Below, one piece after another: positions 40,723 through 51,652 of a stretch of DNA of 64,000 nt. The position numbers were made by a program, and so were the translations under genes. Origin of the DNA: Octopus sinensis (taxonomy: Eukaryota). Position 1 is the first letter of the stretch. Each line of letters starts with the position of its first letter. Below the pieces are notes generated by a model. It was not told the DNA's origin. It searched no databases and saw only the letters and a list, made by a program, of their open reading frames with translations. Where the stretch lies: NCBI RefSeq assembly GCF_006345805.1, contig NC_043016.1:22196001-22260000 (forward strand). The letters run 5' to 3'.

Positions 40723-42318
40723 GTAAGACTTTAAATCTGATGATAATTTTGACTTCCGATTTGTCTATAAAAAAAGCACCATATTTGAATATTTTTAGTG
40801 CCAATGAGTGAACCACGTACATAGATATATGTGTCATCACCATTCTAACATCCACTTTGCTTTGCTTGCATGAATCAGACAGAGTTTATTGAGGTAGATT
40901 TTCTACAGCTGGATACTCTTCCTGTTACCAGTCCTCACCTTCCCCAAAACCAGACACGTTTTCACAGAATATTGAAAATGAATTACATTTATTTACAGCA
41001 TACACAGTATCAAGACTAGGAGATACACACAAACACATACACAATAGACTTCTTTCATTTTCCATCTTCCAAATCCACTTACAAGGTTTTGTTGGCCCAA
41101 CTTAACATCTTAGCATGGATTAATTGGATTACTACAGTTTAAGTTTGCACATAGTTGAAGGTGCTGTTCATTTAGATAGATTAGCGGACCACATCTCATT
41201 AGTGGGTTTCATTTTTGGCTTTGTTTGTACATTTGGCTACTCATAAGGCCAACCATCTTACAGAGTGTGCTGAAAATATTTTTCAAGTTACCATCACTTG
41301 GAAGTTGTCATGTCCTTGATAAGACTGAAGAGTCCTCTCAACTTTACACTTTACATAGGATACTGGGTGTAGTTTTTCATGACACAAATACTACAAAGAT
41401 ATGCACACCATGGTACACCCAAGGGGACCTCTTGATTCCATATCTGCTCGCTCACCACTCTCTTTACTGAGTGAGAATTATAAAGGATAAAATAAAAGCA
41501 GGACTGACAGTGATAAGCTGATTAACAGGTTGAGTAATAAGAGTACTCTGCATTTTGAGAGATGTATCATAACCAAGGTAATGTGTGCAAGAGTAATAAC
41601 AGCAGCAACATGAGCCAAGGGATAGAGTGATGACAGAATTAGTGTGCTGGACCTAATGGGACCAGTGTGGTGTGGTCTTTTAAGAGACCACAAGAGTATA
41701 ACCCTAATCCTCCCCTCCTGTATTGGTGAGGTTGGTAAAATATCAAGTATAACTTGTTGGATTATTTTTAACATCAAGCAAGTCTTTGTGTGCGTGTGTG
41801 TGTAAGAAAAAGAGCATATACTAACAGAAAAAGAATGCTATTAAAATAAAATTATCTTTTACATACCAAGTGAGAGAGTGTGATAAAAATGAGAAAAGTA
41901 AAAAATGAAAGGGAGACACAAATAGAGAGAGATTTTTCTGTTGCAGTCACAGATTTTGAAATTTCAAAATTAAGTGAAAATTTTCAAAACAGGATTTGTG
42001 CTTAATAGCTGTCATAAAATGGAGGTAAACATTAGAAGACGAAATTTTAAACAAAATGAAAGCAATGCATGTGAGTTGATACATATACACAGAGAAAGAG
42101 AGATAGATTGGTGGTAACAGACTGATAGTGGGAGAGTTGTTGATTTAAAAGTTTGGAGCACAGATTTAAAAAATTAAATTTGTTTTTCTTGCGGACACAC
42201 TGTTTCAAAGCCTTTCAGGGATAAACACACATATACAACCCATATACCCTCACACATATATTATGTGTATATATGATTACTGCAAGAGACGGAAAATGAA
42301 ATATGCGAGAATGCTTAT

Positions 42319-42428
42319 TAATCACTACAATTGTTTCAACCCATCTAGCATCGATCCCTCACAGGTGAGATACTAAACAACTGGTTTAGGTGCATCCAGT
42401 GGTGTAGATATGTCTCTTCAGGTGATTA
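42319..42428 (-). ncRNA. Type I minimal hammerhead ribozyme motif (A)
   Basis: Minus strand reads TAATCAC-CTGAAGA-[77-nt stem II domain]-GAAAC-AATT-GTA-GTGATTA. Stem I is a perfect 7 bp and stem III is the palindrome ACAATTGT. Confidence 0.8.
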
Positions 42429-42480
42429 CAAGATGTATCTTGTTAAAATAATGACTGTTCTGTAAGACATCTTCCTGGTT

Positions 42481-42930
42481 TCATCATCATCATCATTTAA
42501 CACCCTTTGTCCATGCTGGCATGGGTTGGACGATTTGACTGGGCTGGCAAGCTGGAAGTGCATCAGGCTCCAGTTTGATTTGGCTTGGTTTTCTACGGCT
42601 GGATCCCCTTCCTAATGCCAACCACTCAGAGTGTAATGGGTGCTTTTATGTGCCACCAGCATGGGTGCCATTTGCATTGACACTGGAGTGTGTTTATGCA
42701 CCGATTTGTGTAACATCAGTATCTGTCACAACAGTGATTTTACTTGGCTTGATGAGTCTTCTTCGCAAGTATGACATAATGCCAAAGGTCTTGGTCATTG
42801 CCTCTGTGAAGCCCAAAACTTGAAAGGAACTCAACCACTTTACCTCCATGAGGCCCAACACTCAAAAGGAACTCAGCCACTTTGCCTCTGTGAGGCCTTA
42901 CACTCGAAATGAACTCAGCCACTTTGCTTC
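42481..42930 (-). mobile_element. Family B SINE-like repeat with tandem units of about 38 bp
   Basis: (CAT)n start and family B body, then three AAGGAACTCAGCCACTTTGCCTC-type units at 42820-42930. Confidence 0.78.
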
Positions 42931-43043
42931 CCAGCAAATTAAAGGATACAGCTTCGTTTTTATATAAGATGAATAATAAATAACAGATGCAAAAAGTAAC
43001 AAATATACAATACAGTGGAAGAAGTATTAAAAAAATATACATT

Positions 43044-43438
43044 CTTTTATTCTTTGACTTGTTTCATTTATTTGACTGTGGACATGCTGGAGCACCACCT
43101 TAAAGGGCTTTAGTCGAAGAAATCAACCCTAGAACTTATTCTTTGTAAGCCTAGTACTTATTCTTTGTAAGCTTAGTACTTATTCTGTTGGCTCTTTTGC
43201 CAAACTGCTAAGTTACAGTGGCATAAACACACCAACATCAGTTGTCAAGCGATGGCAAGGGGACAAACACACACACATGCACATATATATGACGGGCTTC
43301 TTTCAGTTTCCATCTACCAAATCCACTGACAAGGCTTTGGTCAATCCGAGACTATAGTAGAAGACATTTGCCCATGATGCCACGCAGTGGAACTGAACCC
43401 AGAACTATGTGGTTGGGAAGCAAGTTTCTTACCACACA
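43044..43438 (-). mobile_element. Family A SINE
   Basis: Colinear with 5483-5886; internal duplication of ACTTATTCTTTGTAAGCYTAGT. Confidence 0.85.
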
Positions 43439-44238
43439 GACTGAAACCTGGTGCAGCTTCCCAGTTTGCCAAGTGTTAAGAAGGGTATCCAGCCATTGAA
43501 GTCAATCCGAATCAAACTAGAACCCGATGCAGCTTCCCAGTGTTCCAGCTCTGGTCAAACTGTCCAACCCATGCCGACATATGTTTTCCATGCTGATATT
43601 GGTTGGATGGTTTGACCAGAGGCTGGCAAGCTGCATCAGGTTCCAGTCTGATTTGGCTGGGTGCTTTTAATGTACCACTGGCACGAGTTTCCTTACATGG
43701 CAGTGGCACAAGTGCTTTTTACATTCCACTGGCGCAGGACTCATACAGGCTAATCCTCTTCACCAAAGGATGCAGCCTTAACACTTCAGCTGCGGAGTAA
43801 GGGTCTTTCTGATTACAGCAAGGTGCCAGATATCTCAATCCTTTGTCGTCTCATCCAAAATGTTTGGTGTTCTGAACTTTGTCCTGTGTCTTCCTGGGTC
43901 TCCTTCTTTTGCGAGTTCCATCCAACTTCAGAGATTCTTTATGGAGCTCTTAACATCCATCTGCATCATGTAGCCAAACCAGTGCTTCTAATTCCTCTTT
44001 TATGCCTAACTTCTCTCTCAATACACTATCACTCTGTCTCACATGTACACTTACAGTACACATCCAGCAGAGCACACTAGTCTCATTCCTCTCTAGCTTT
44101 CACATGTCTGCTGCATGATATATATATATATACCGGCGGTAAGTAACAATAAATGTGAAACAAGGTGGAAAAAAGAGTACTCAAATACCAGTGGTAGAGT
44201 AATATGCTTATTTAAAGCAGCAGAAAATTCACAAAAAT

Positions 44239-44276
44239 CTGTTACTCTGAGTTTCTCGTTGCCGTTCATCAGACAG
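44239..44276 (-). ncRNA. Minimal hammerhead motif (B, antisense copy)
   Basis: Minus strand reads CTGT-CTGATGA-ACG GCAA CGA-GAAAC-TCAGA-GTA-ACAG. Stem I is 4 bp, stem II has a GNRA loop with an A.A closing mismatch, and stem III is ACTC-A-GAGT. Confidence 0.7.
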
Positions 44277-44285
44277 TTTTTGCTG

Positions 44286-44321
44286 TGTCTGATGAACGCC
44301 AACGAGAAACTCAGAGTAACA
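44286..44321 (+). ncRNA. Minimal hammerhead motif (B, sense copy)
   Basis: TGT-CTGATGA-ACGCCAACGA-GAAAC-TCAGA-GTA-ACA, an inverted duplicate of 44239-44276. Confidence 0.65.
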
Positions 44322-44430
44322 GATTTTTTGTTGAATTTTCTGCTGCTTTAAATAAAGTATATATATAAAGAAGAAAAAGAAAATGGAGATTGAGAAGTTA
44401 ATAATTGTTTAACAACAAATCAATCATCAT

Positions 44431-44512
44431 CCCTTACAGCTGTTTCAATTAATACTCAGTGAATCTAATTAAAATTAAATTCATATGACCTGAGCATAAT
44501 ATCTTCAGAGGG
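44431..44512 (-). ncRNA. Hammerhead motif (C, antisense copy)
   Basis: Minus strand reads CCCT-CTGAAGA-[55 nt, ATGCTCAG/CTGAGTAT stem]-GAAAC-AGCT-GTA-AGGG. Stem III is the palindrome ACAGCTGT. Confidence 0.75.
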
Positions 44513-45355
44513 AAAAAAATATACCCTTGGATGTTTTATGTGTATTTATGGATTTGTAAGGGTAATTGTGATGATATATGTTGGGTGTCAGCAGTTACCA
44601 ATTGCAACAGGTGTTGATGTTGCAGATGTGCAAGATGAAAGAAAAACAGTGGACGAAGTTAATGTTGACTCCAAATTTATTTACCATTACTTTAATATAT
44701 GTCATACCTCAACAGGCAGGTGTATAATATATTTCGTAAAGCATGCGAGGTAAAGAAAGTTAATTTCAGTCTGTATATGTGTGTACACAATCTTATAGTA
44801 GTAAATAGAGAGAGATATGGTAATGTTGCAGCGTGGAAGGTGTTTATAAGTCATTTAAGAAACACACAAAACCGTTAGATTCACTTCAACATTTAAATTT
44901 AATTTGTCAAAATATTTTCGTCGCTTTGAGACCGTGACCTGTTCAATGACAAAGCTTTGTGCTATAAACACCTTCCATGCTGCAATTGTTTTCGTTCCAG
45001 CACACGATCTCAGATCAAGTCACTCGATATAATAATGCCGCAGAGAAAAGAAATTGAGCTAATGAAAACGAGAGAGTGTGGGATAAGACGGTTAATTTCA
45101 TAGTTGTCACTCTGTGACGTTGCTTCAGTCGAGACAGCATTTTGTTTGAGCCATTCAGCCTCCGCTCTATCGATTGCTCTCAATAACTAACTTTTGCTTG
45201 GGAATCTCTCGTTATATATATCGCGTGAGACCAAAACAACTGGATATTTTGGAGTCTTATTGTTCTGTCAATTTAACTCTTTACCGCATACAAAAGGTTA
45301 GTAGGGGCCAAGTGGCAAAGACATAAATCAGGCTAGCGAACCTATCTGTTGAAAT

Positions 45356-45610
45356 CATCATCATCATCATCGTTTAACGTCCGTTCTCCATGCTAGCATG
45401 GGTTGGACAGTTCGACTGGGGATCTGGGAAGCCAGAAGGCTGTACCAGGCTCCGGTCTTATCTGGCAATGTTTCTACAGCTGGATGCCCTTGCTAACGCC
45501 AACCACTCCGTGAGTGTAGTGGGTGCTTTTTACGTGCCACCTGCACAGGGACCAGACGAGGCTGGCATCGGCCACGGTCGGATTGGTGCATTTTACGTGC
45601 CACCTGCACG
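45356..45610 (-). mobile_element. Family B SINE-like repeat (young)
   Basis: Near-identical to 19878-20130. Confidence 0.88.
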
Positions 45611-45938
45611 GTTGAAATGTTAAAGGAAATTGGCAGATTCAGGTTCGAATCTACTCTATGCCTAAATGAAGTCTCTACAGATTCATTATAGCAGACTGAA
45701 TGATACTGTTTATGATTTGTACTTTGATATGTTCGAGCATGGGGTTTGCAGGTTGATTGGAGATAAGAAAGAGTAGGTAAATCGAATTAAAGTAATAAAT
45801 GAATAAATTAAATAAAGATGGTTGCAGAATTTTAAAACCCTCACCAAAACATAACAATACATATCGTAAACATTATCATTCAGACCACTATAATGAATCC
45901 ATAAACACATATAAAACATCCAAGGGTATATTTTTTTG

Positions 45939-46020
45939 CCCCCTGAAGATACTATGCTCAAGTCATGAATTTAATATATTTATTAGATTCACTGAGTATT
46001 AATTGAAACAGATGTAAGGG
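45939..46020 (+). ncRNA. Hammerhead motif (C, sense copy, damaged)
   Basis: CCCC-CTGAAGA-...-GAAAC-AGAT-GTA-AGGG. There is a C.A mismatch at the base of stem I and the stem III palindrome is broken. Confidence 0.6.
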
Positions 46021-46829
46021 ATGATGATTGATTTGTTGTTAATAATAAACAATTATTAACTTCCCAGCCTCCATTTTCTTTTTCTCTTTTTATATGAATA
46101 TAAACTATATGTTTATATATAGATACCTATTATTTTAAGGAAATTAATTGCCCCAAAATATTAAGTATTCGACCAGTATTTCCTTGGATGAAACCATCCC
46201 TTCATGAGATTAATACAACCTCTAATCAAATTTGAGATATATGGATCAAAACAGTTTGATTCAAAGTTTTTGATATTCTTGAGTTTCAGGGGTGATGCTA
46301 ATTGTCAGCCATTTTGAATTTTAAATTCTAAATGCCTGAAGACTAGCATCACGCTTGAAACTCAAGAGTATCAATGAGTATTATATATATTTGAAAGAAT
46401 TAGTAGAGATGGCTTTTTAAGGAGATAATTTTTATTTTAATCTTAATAACAACTTTGTTTACAGTGAGTTACACTGATATGAGCTTCAAATTTCAAAGTA
46501 GCCGTTTTCGAACTGAAAAATATGTTTTACTGGTTGCTTAAACAGCAAAAGATTTCCTTATAAGTATACATACAAAAAAATATATACAAAAAAAGGAGAA
46601 GAAAAAATAATAAATAATAAATAAAGGATAAAAATAAAATGAAAATAAATTTTATATATATATATATAAAGAATACAAAAGCATGTGTGAAGAAGAGAAA
46701 GAAAAGGTTTGTTTGAAAACTGCTACTTGAAGCTTGAAATTGATATCAAAGTAACTCACTGTAAACAACATTAAGATTTATGTGGCACCAGCACTAGTGA
46801 GGTCACCTTCCACAATTAGCGATCAACAC

Positions 46830-47280
46830 TTCTTTATACAGTTGTCCTCATCCATCCGCGACTATACCAGCACAGTCTTTTTTGCTTGTCCTCTACATTC
46901 ACAGACCAGTTTCACTGCCATGTAGCATTGCTGTTTGTACAGCAGTATCATTCATTCTCAGAGAGAAGCTTTTTGCTACCAACAGGGGTAAAAGTTCTCA
47001 ACTTCCTCCACCCAACCCATATTGCAACAGCTACACTTATTGAGCCCCCTCCTCCACTGCTAATTAGGTCAACTAGATAGAAACTATCTACTTTTCCTGT
47101 GGAGCCTCTGGAGCATTTCAGAACATGAGTTATACTTCTCTGATAACCTTTCTGTGATTTCACTGCATCTTTTGTGTGTCCATAGTTTGTGTTGAGCATG
47201 TCATATGGAATTTCTATCTACACTTTGTCTACATATAGAACAGGCCCATTTATCCAAAGGGATTAGTATTGTGTCTATTT
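46830..47280 (-). mobile_element. RTE-type LINE fragment
   Basis: KVDSFYLVDLISSGGG...RxGWRKLR, homologous to 24270-24600. Confidence 0.7.
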
Positions 47281-47419
47281 CCCTGCAATATACATGTGGA
47301 AATCTATAAATATTAGTAAACTTGATACAAAAATGTTAATAAGAGAAGATAGATTGAACATGCTTTATTACATGCCACTACAATTGTTTCAACAAATCAC
47401 TACCAGCTCTTCATTGCTG

Positions 47420-48520
47420 AATGGTTCAAAAGGCCTTCTTCGCCATCTCTTACACTTCTTTCCAGGATGAACAGTTGATATTAAGCTTGTTTCCTGGTAA
47501 TTCAGCTCTACTGACATTTGGATTGGCATCAATGGCTTGGTTTCTGAGGTTGTCATTGTGGGTCTCCGCTTCTACCTCTTCTCTGGGGCTGGTCAGTTTC
47601 CCTAATTTGATCTCACCCAACAGTATTCAGGTGAACCTGGAAGGGTTCTTGATAAACTGTGCCTGTTTGGTCTCCTTTTCTTTCTTTCGCTTCTAGGTGC
47701 TTTCTGCACTTCTAAGCCTGCTCAAACATTCTTGGAACTGACTTGTTATGTCCTTGATGTCTTCCCTTTCTTCAGCAGGAGCTCTCTTATACTGCTTATT
47801 GAGGGTCTTGATTTCTCTCCTCAGGTAGTGCATCTCTCATTCTCTTTTGCTATGCTTCTTTTTGATTGTCATGATAACTGATCTATCTTCTCTTCCAAAG
47901 TGGTTTTTTACCAATTTGAATGCGATAGTTACAAGAACATTCACTTTTTGCCAGCATACATTTTAATATTTTGTTGAGGTCTTGGTCTAGTTGTTGCCAT
48001 TTCTTCACTTCATTCATTTTGGGCCATTTAATTCAAACTCTTGCTGAGTAGGATTGGCCCTCTGAGGTGGTATTGGGTGGGTTGCCCCTCTTGAGCACTT
48101 GAGGTGACACAGGTGATGAGAGATTTCCATTTCTTTGGGATGCTTTCTATCTGGAGTTCTGCATCTCACCAGTTGCTACCACAAGTGGCTCTTCTTTTCT
48201 AGTCAGACCTGACTCAATGTATTTGTGCACTTTTGTGTTCTTGGAGATCTTTCCCCAGAAGAATTTTTACTCCCAGTACTTCCCCAGTTAATGATGTTTG
48301 GGGCAATGTCTGTGTCCATAAATCATTCTTGGTTGTTTCCATTAAATCCATCCTGTTGAGTTTCTCATTCTCCCCTCCTCTTGGGAGACTCTGGGGGTGT
48401 TGTGTGGTTTCGGTTTCTATTGCCGATTTGGTGCCCTTTCACAAGGGCTGTGCATGAGGTTGCTATCCTCATAGACCCATGCCACACTTTCCTGAAAGTT
48501 ACCGGTTACTGAAGTCAACT
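47420..48520 (-). mobile_element. HERO/R2-group non-LTR element, N-terminal fragment
   Basis: Minus strand gives IKWPKMNEVKKWQQLDQDLNKILK and KRKEKETKQAQFIKNPSRFT, motifs I recall from upstream of the RT in HERO-like elements. Confidence 0.6.
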
Positions 48521-48644
48521 TTGCTTTTATCTTTTCAGGGTTAAAAAAAAGTATTAGTTAACTATTAGGGTCAATGGTAGCAACTAACTCCCTCTTCTCA
48601 AGATTACTGGCCTTGTACTTGTAGAATAAACCATCATCATCATC

Positions 48645-50340
48645 CTCAGTGGCGGCATCAAAGATGTTGCCCAGTATCCAATATGATTGATGTTGTTGAT
48701 TGAAGATATTGTGCCTGCCAGGTGTTTCTACTGTCTGTCAAGTCACAACAAGGACCTCAAACAGGCAGTACTTTACACAGTATGCATGCTGTTCCAAGTA
48801 AAACCAATTTTTGCAATACACCTACATTGTAGGGTATTTCTAAAGTTTCCAGATGTTTCTTCAGGAAATGTTGTCATTGGAACTCAATGTTCCAATGACA
48901 ACAGGAACAACCTTTATGTTAGACTCTTGTAGCTGCCCCATCTTGGTGATCTTAATTTTCAAGTTTCCATATTTAAGGTCTCCATATTTATCAATCTTTT
49001 CTCTTTCTTTCATGATAAAATGTTGATCTCCTGGCACTGCTACGTCAATTATTAGGTACTCTTGTTTGTCCCTCCTAAAAGTTACTATATCTGGCCTTTG
49101 GTACTCTAACACCTTTTCATCCATTACCTTTTCCGGTGTATGTTGGTTTCAAGCACCCATTACCTCGTATCCAGCATAGTAGGCAGTGAAGGTTTTGGGC
49201 TACCTTGTCATGTTTGTGCTTGTACTTTTCCTGTGCAAGACTTTTACGAGCACTATCAATGTGAATCACACTTTCAACCTTCTTCCCTACACATTCTGTA
49301 GAGGTTTGTTTACATTTGTGTGGTATACATCCTTTTTCACTGAGTTGGTATTTAATGCCTGATCCAGGGCAGCGATGATTAGGCTTTCAATCTTCTTTTT
49401 AAGGTCACCCTTGCTGAGCCATCTCCATGATACTTCCTGGTCTTTTAAGTTGTTAGTTTCATAGTGGAACTGACTGTATAATTCCATGCGGAGTAGAGTT
49501 TCTTCTCTCATTGACTATTCATGATTGGTATTCATTAGCACTCTGAAGTCCATTGCTGGTAAATCCTTCTGCATTAACAGCACTCTGTAGCAGGTCTTGT
49601 TTGCTGTTTACCAAATACTGTGCCATGTTTCTTCTTTTACTGATGATGTATTCTTGTTCACTAATCAAGCCATTTCCACCTTTATGCTTCTTCATTTAGA
49701 GCCTGTGTATGTTCACCTCAGGGTGGAGAGCACCATGCATTGTCTTTCGAGTAGTGCAATCGAGTTGATCATTCTCCTCTCATGTCCATATCAGAATGGG
49801 TGCACTATAGCAGACAGCCCATATGTTGATGGCAGATACAAGGTTCTGGGTGTTGAGTTTTGACTTCAAGAGAAGTTTGAGGCGTTTCAGATATGCAGTG
49901 ACCTTGTCTTTCATTTCTTTGTGCGAGATATTGTCCAGCTCCAGGATCCCAAGGTACTTGTACCCATCATCATCCAGGTCTCCCACTCACTCTCCATTTG
50001 GCAACTCTATGCCCCTACAATCTGCTCTTTTTCCCCATTTCAAAGTGAGCACTGCAAACTTTGAGATACAAAATTCCATCCCTATATCCTTGCTGGACAT
50101 CTCATGAAGCCTTTCCATTTCAGGATCTGTTTTTGTGAACAGTTTTAAGTTATCTATGAAGAGGTGGTTGAGACAAGGCCTATTCTTTCTCAGTTCAATA
50201 GTGCATGTTGACATTGCATAGAACTAAAGAAAGTGAGATCAAGGCAAATAAAGGTGAACAAGAATCTCCTTGGAAGATACTTCTTTTGATTGTTACCTCA
50301 GCTAAGTACTGGTTGTTACAGAAAAGACGTTTTCCAATTA
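48645..50340 (-). mobile_element. R4/Dong-clade non-LTR element (RT + RLE), degenerate
   Basis: LNHLFIDNLKLF, YKYLGILE, KSKLNTQNLVSAINIWAV, ESLIIAALDQALNT and RPDIV...IIDVAVPGD...EKIDKY. Confidence 0.9.
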
Positions 50341-50671
50341 GGCCTGCTGTTCTTAATCAGTGCACACACGTTCTCAGCTATTCTACATATGTCGATTATT
50401 ATTGTTATGATAAAGGCGGAGAGCTGACAGAATTGTTAGTTGAACTTGGTCTGTGGATACAGAGGACAGGCGAGGACTTGAAAAGTATGAAACAAATACG
50501 CTCCAATGGATATGTAATGTCAGTGTACACATATGACAAAGCAAATTGGGCATAAGAGGCATCAGATGTGGTGTGCAGTTGTGTAGCATGATCTATTCCT
50601 GCAAAACTTGTTGCTTTGTTCTTAATGTTAGAAATAATTTTTATTATATCGTCATCTTTATTATTATTATT

Positions 50672-51096
50672 CAGTAGTTTTATTTTTATAGCATGCTTTC
50701 ACTTCACTACCGAGCACAGCTCTGTGTGCCTTGGGTATGTGCTGTGATTTGTTGTGATGCTCTGATGGTTATTGTATGGAAAGTGTTCTGCGTAGGATGT
50801 GTGCAGTGCCTAGTAGTGCAATTTTCTGTATGTTATATGTGTTTGTAAGTCCTGGTGTTTTTGTTTTGTATTTGTCTGAATATATTTTTTTATCATGCCT
50901 AATGCACCTACTATGATAGGAATTGTTTCTGTTTTCAGATTCCACATTCTGGTTACCTCTATTTCCAGGTCTTTGTATTTTGAGAGTTTCTCCATTTCTT
51001 TTAGAGACACGTTGTCATCTGCGGGTATTGATACATCAATTAGAAAGCATTTTTTTTTCTTCATGATCTCTGACAACTATATCTGGTCTGTTGGCC
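50672..51096 (-). mobile_element. 5'-truncated Dong/R4-like element in a (TAA)n tract
   Basis: ANRPDIVV..CFLIDVSIPADDNVSLKEMEKLSKYKDLEIEV..IPIIVGALG, with (ATT)n on both sides. Confidence 0.9.
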
Positions 51097-51155
51097 TTAT
51101 TATTATTATTATTATTATTATTTAATACTAATTTGTTTCATTATCTATTTTATAG

Positions 51156-51286
51156 AAAGAAAAGAAGGAACGAGACAAGCCTAGTTTAGTGAAAAGATTA
51201 ACTCTGGGTAAAAACAAGAAGACAAAGTCCCCCTCCGATGCTGAAAACACGATATTTCAAGTTACACCTGATACAAGTCATGCAAG
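51156..51286 (+). CDS. SH3RF1: POSH exon 11 (basic segment)
   Basis: TATAG acceptor; KEKKERDKPSLVKRLTLGKNKKTKSP...HA(R) resembles the KxEKKGLLKLL...SP region of SH3RF1; donor AAG|GTAACT, phase 2. Confidence 0.87.
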
Positions 51287-51420
51287 GTAACTTAATTCTG
51301 ACATGTTCACAACTTTTTTTTTTTTTCCTTCTTTAAGGAATCTATAAGAGAAATTTGAGTTACTTGGTTTAATACTATCTCCAAGTATATGAGTGCTTCA
51401 GCTTTGGCCAATAGGTTTCA

Positions 51421-51652
51421 AGGCGCCGAGCTGGCAGAAACGTTAGCACACTGGGCGAAATGCATAGCCGTGTTTCGTCTGTCGTTACGTTGTGAGTTCA
51501 AATTCCGCCGAGGTCTACTTCGCCTTTCATCCTTTCGGGGTCGATTAAATAAGTACCAGTTACACACTGGGGTCGATATAATTGACTTAAAACTATGTCT
51601 GTCCTTGTTTGTCCCCTCTGTGTTTAGCCCCTTGTGGGTAATAAAGAAATAG
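51421..51652 (+). mobile_element. tRNA-derived SINE, Meta-domain-like (family C), young
   Basis: GGCGCCGAGCTGGCAGAA head, GAGTTCAAATTCC B box and GCCTTTCATCCTTTCGGGGTCGATTAAATAAGTACC central domain. Relatives at 14293, 16360, 39310 and 39680. Confidence 0.85.

Larger units (their letters stand above)
44368..46090. repeat. Large inverted repeat (arms about 190 nt) carrying hammerhead C
   Basis: About 44368-44555 is the reverse complement of about 45895-46090. Confidence 0.85.
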
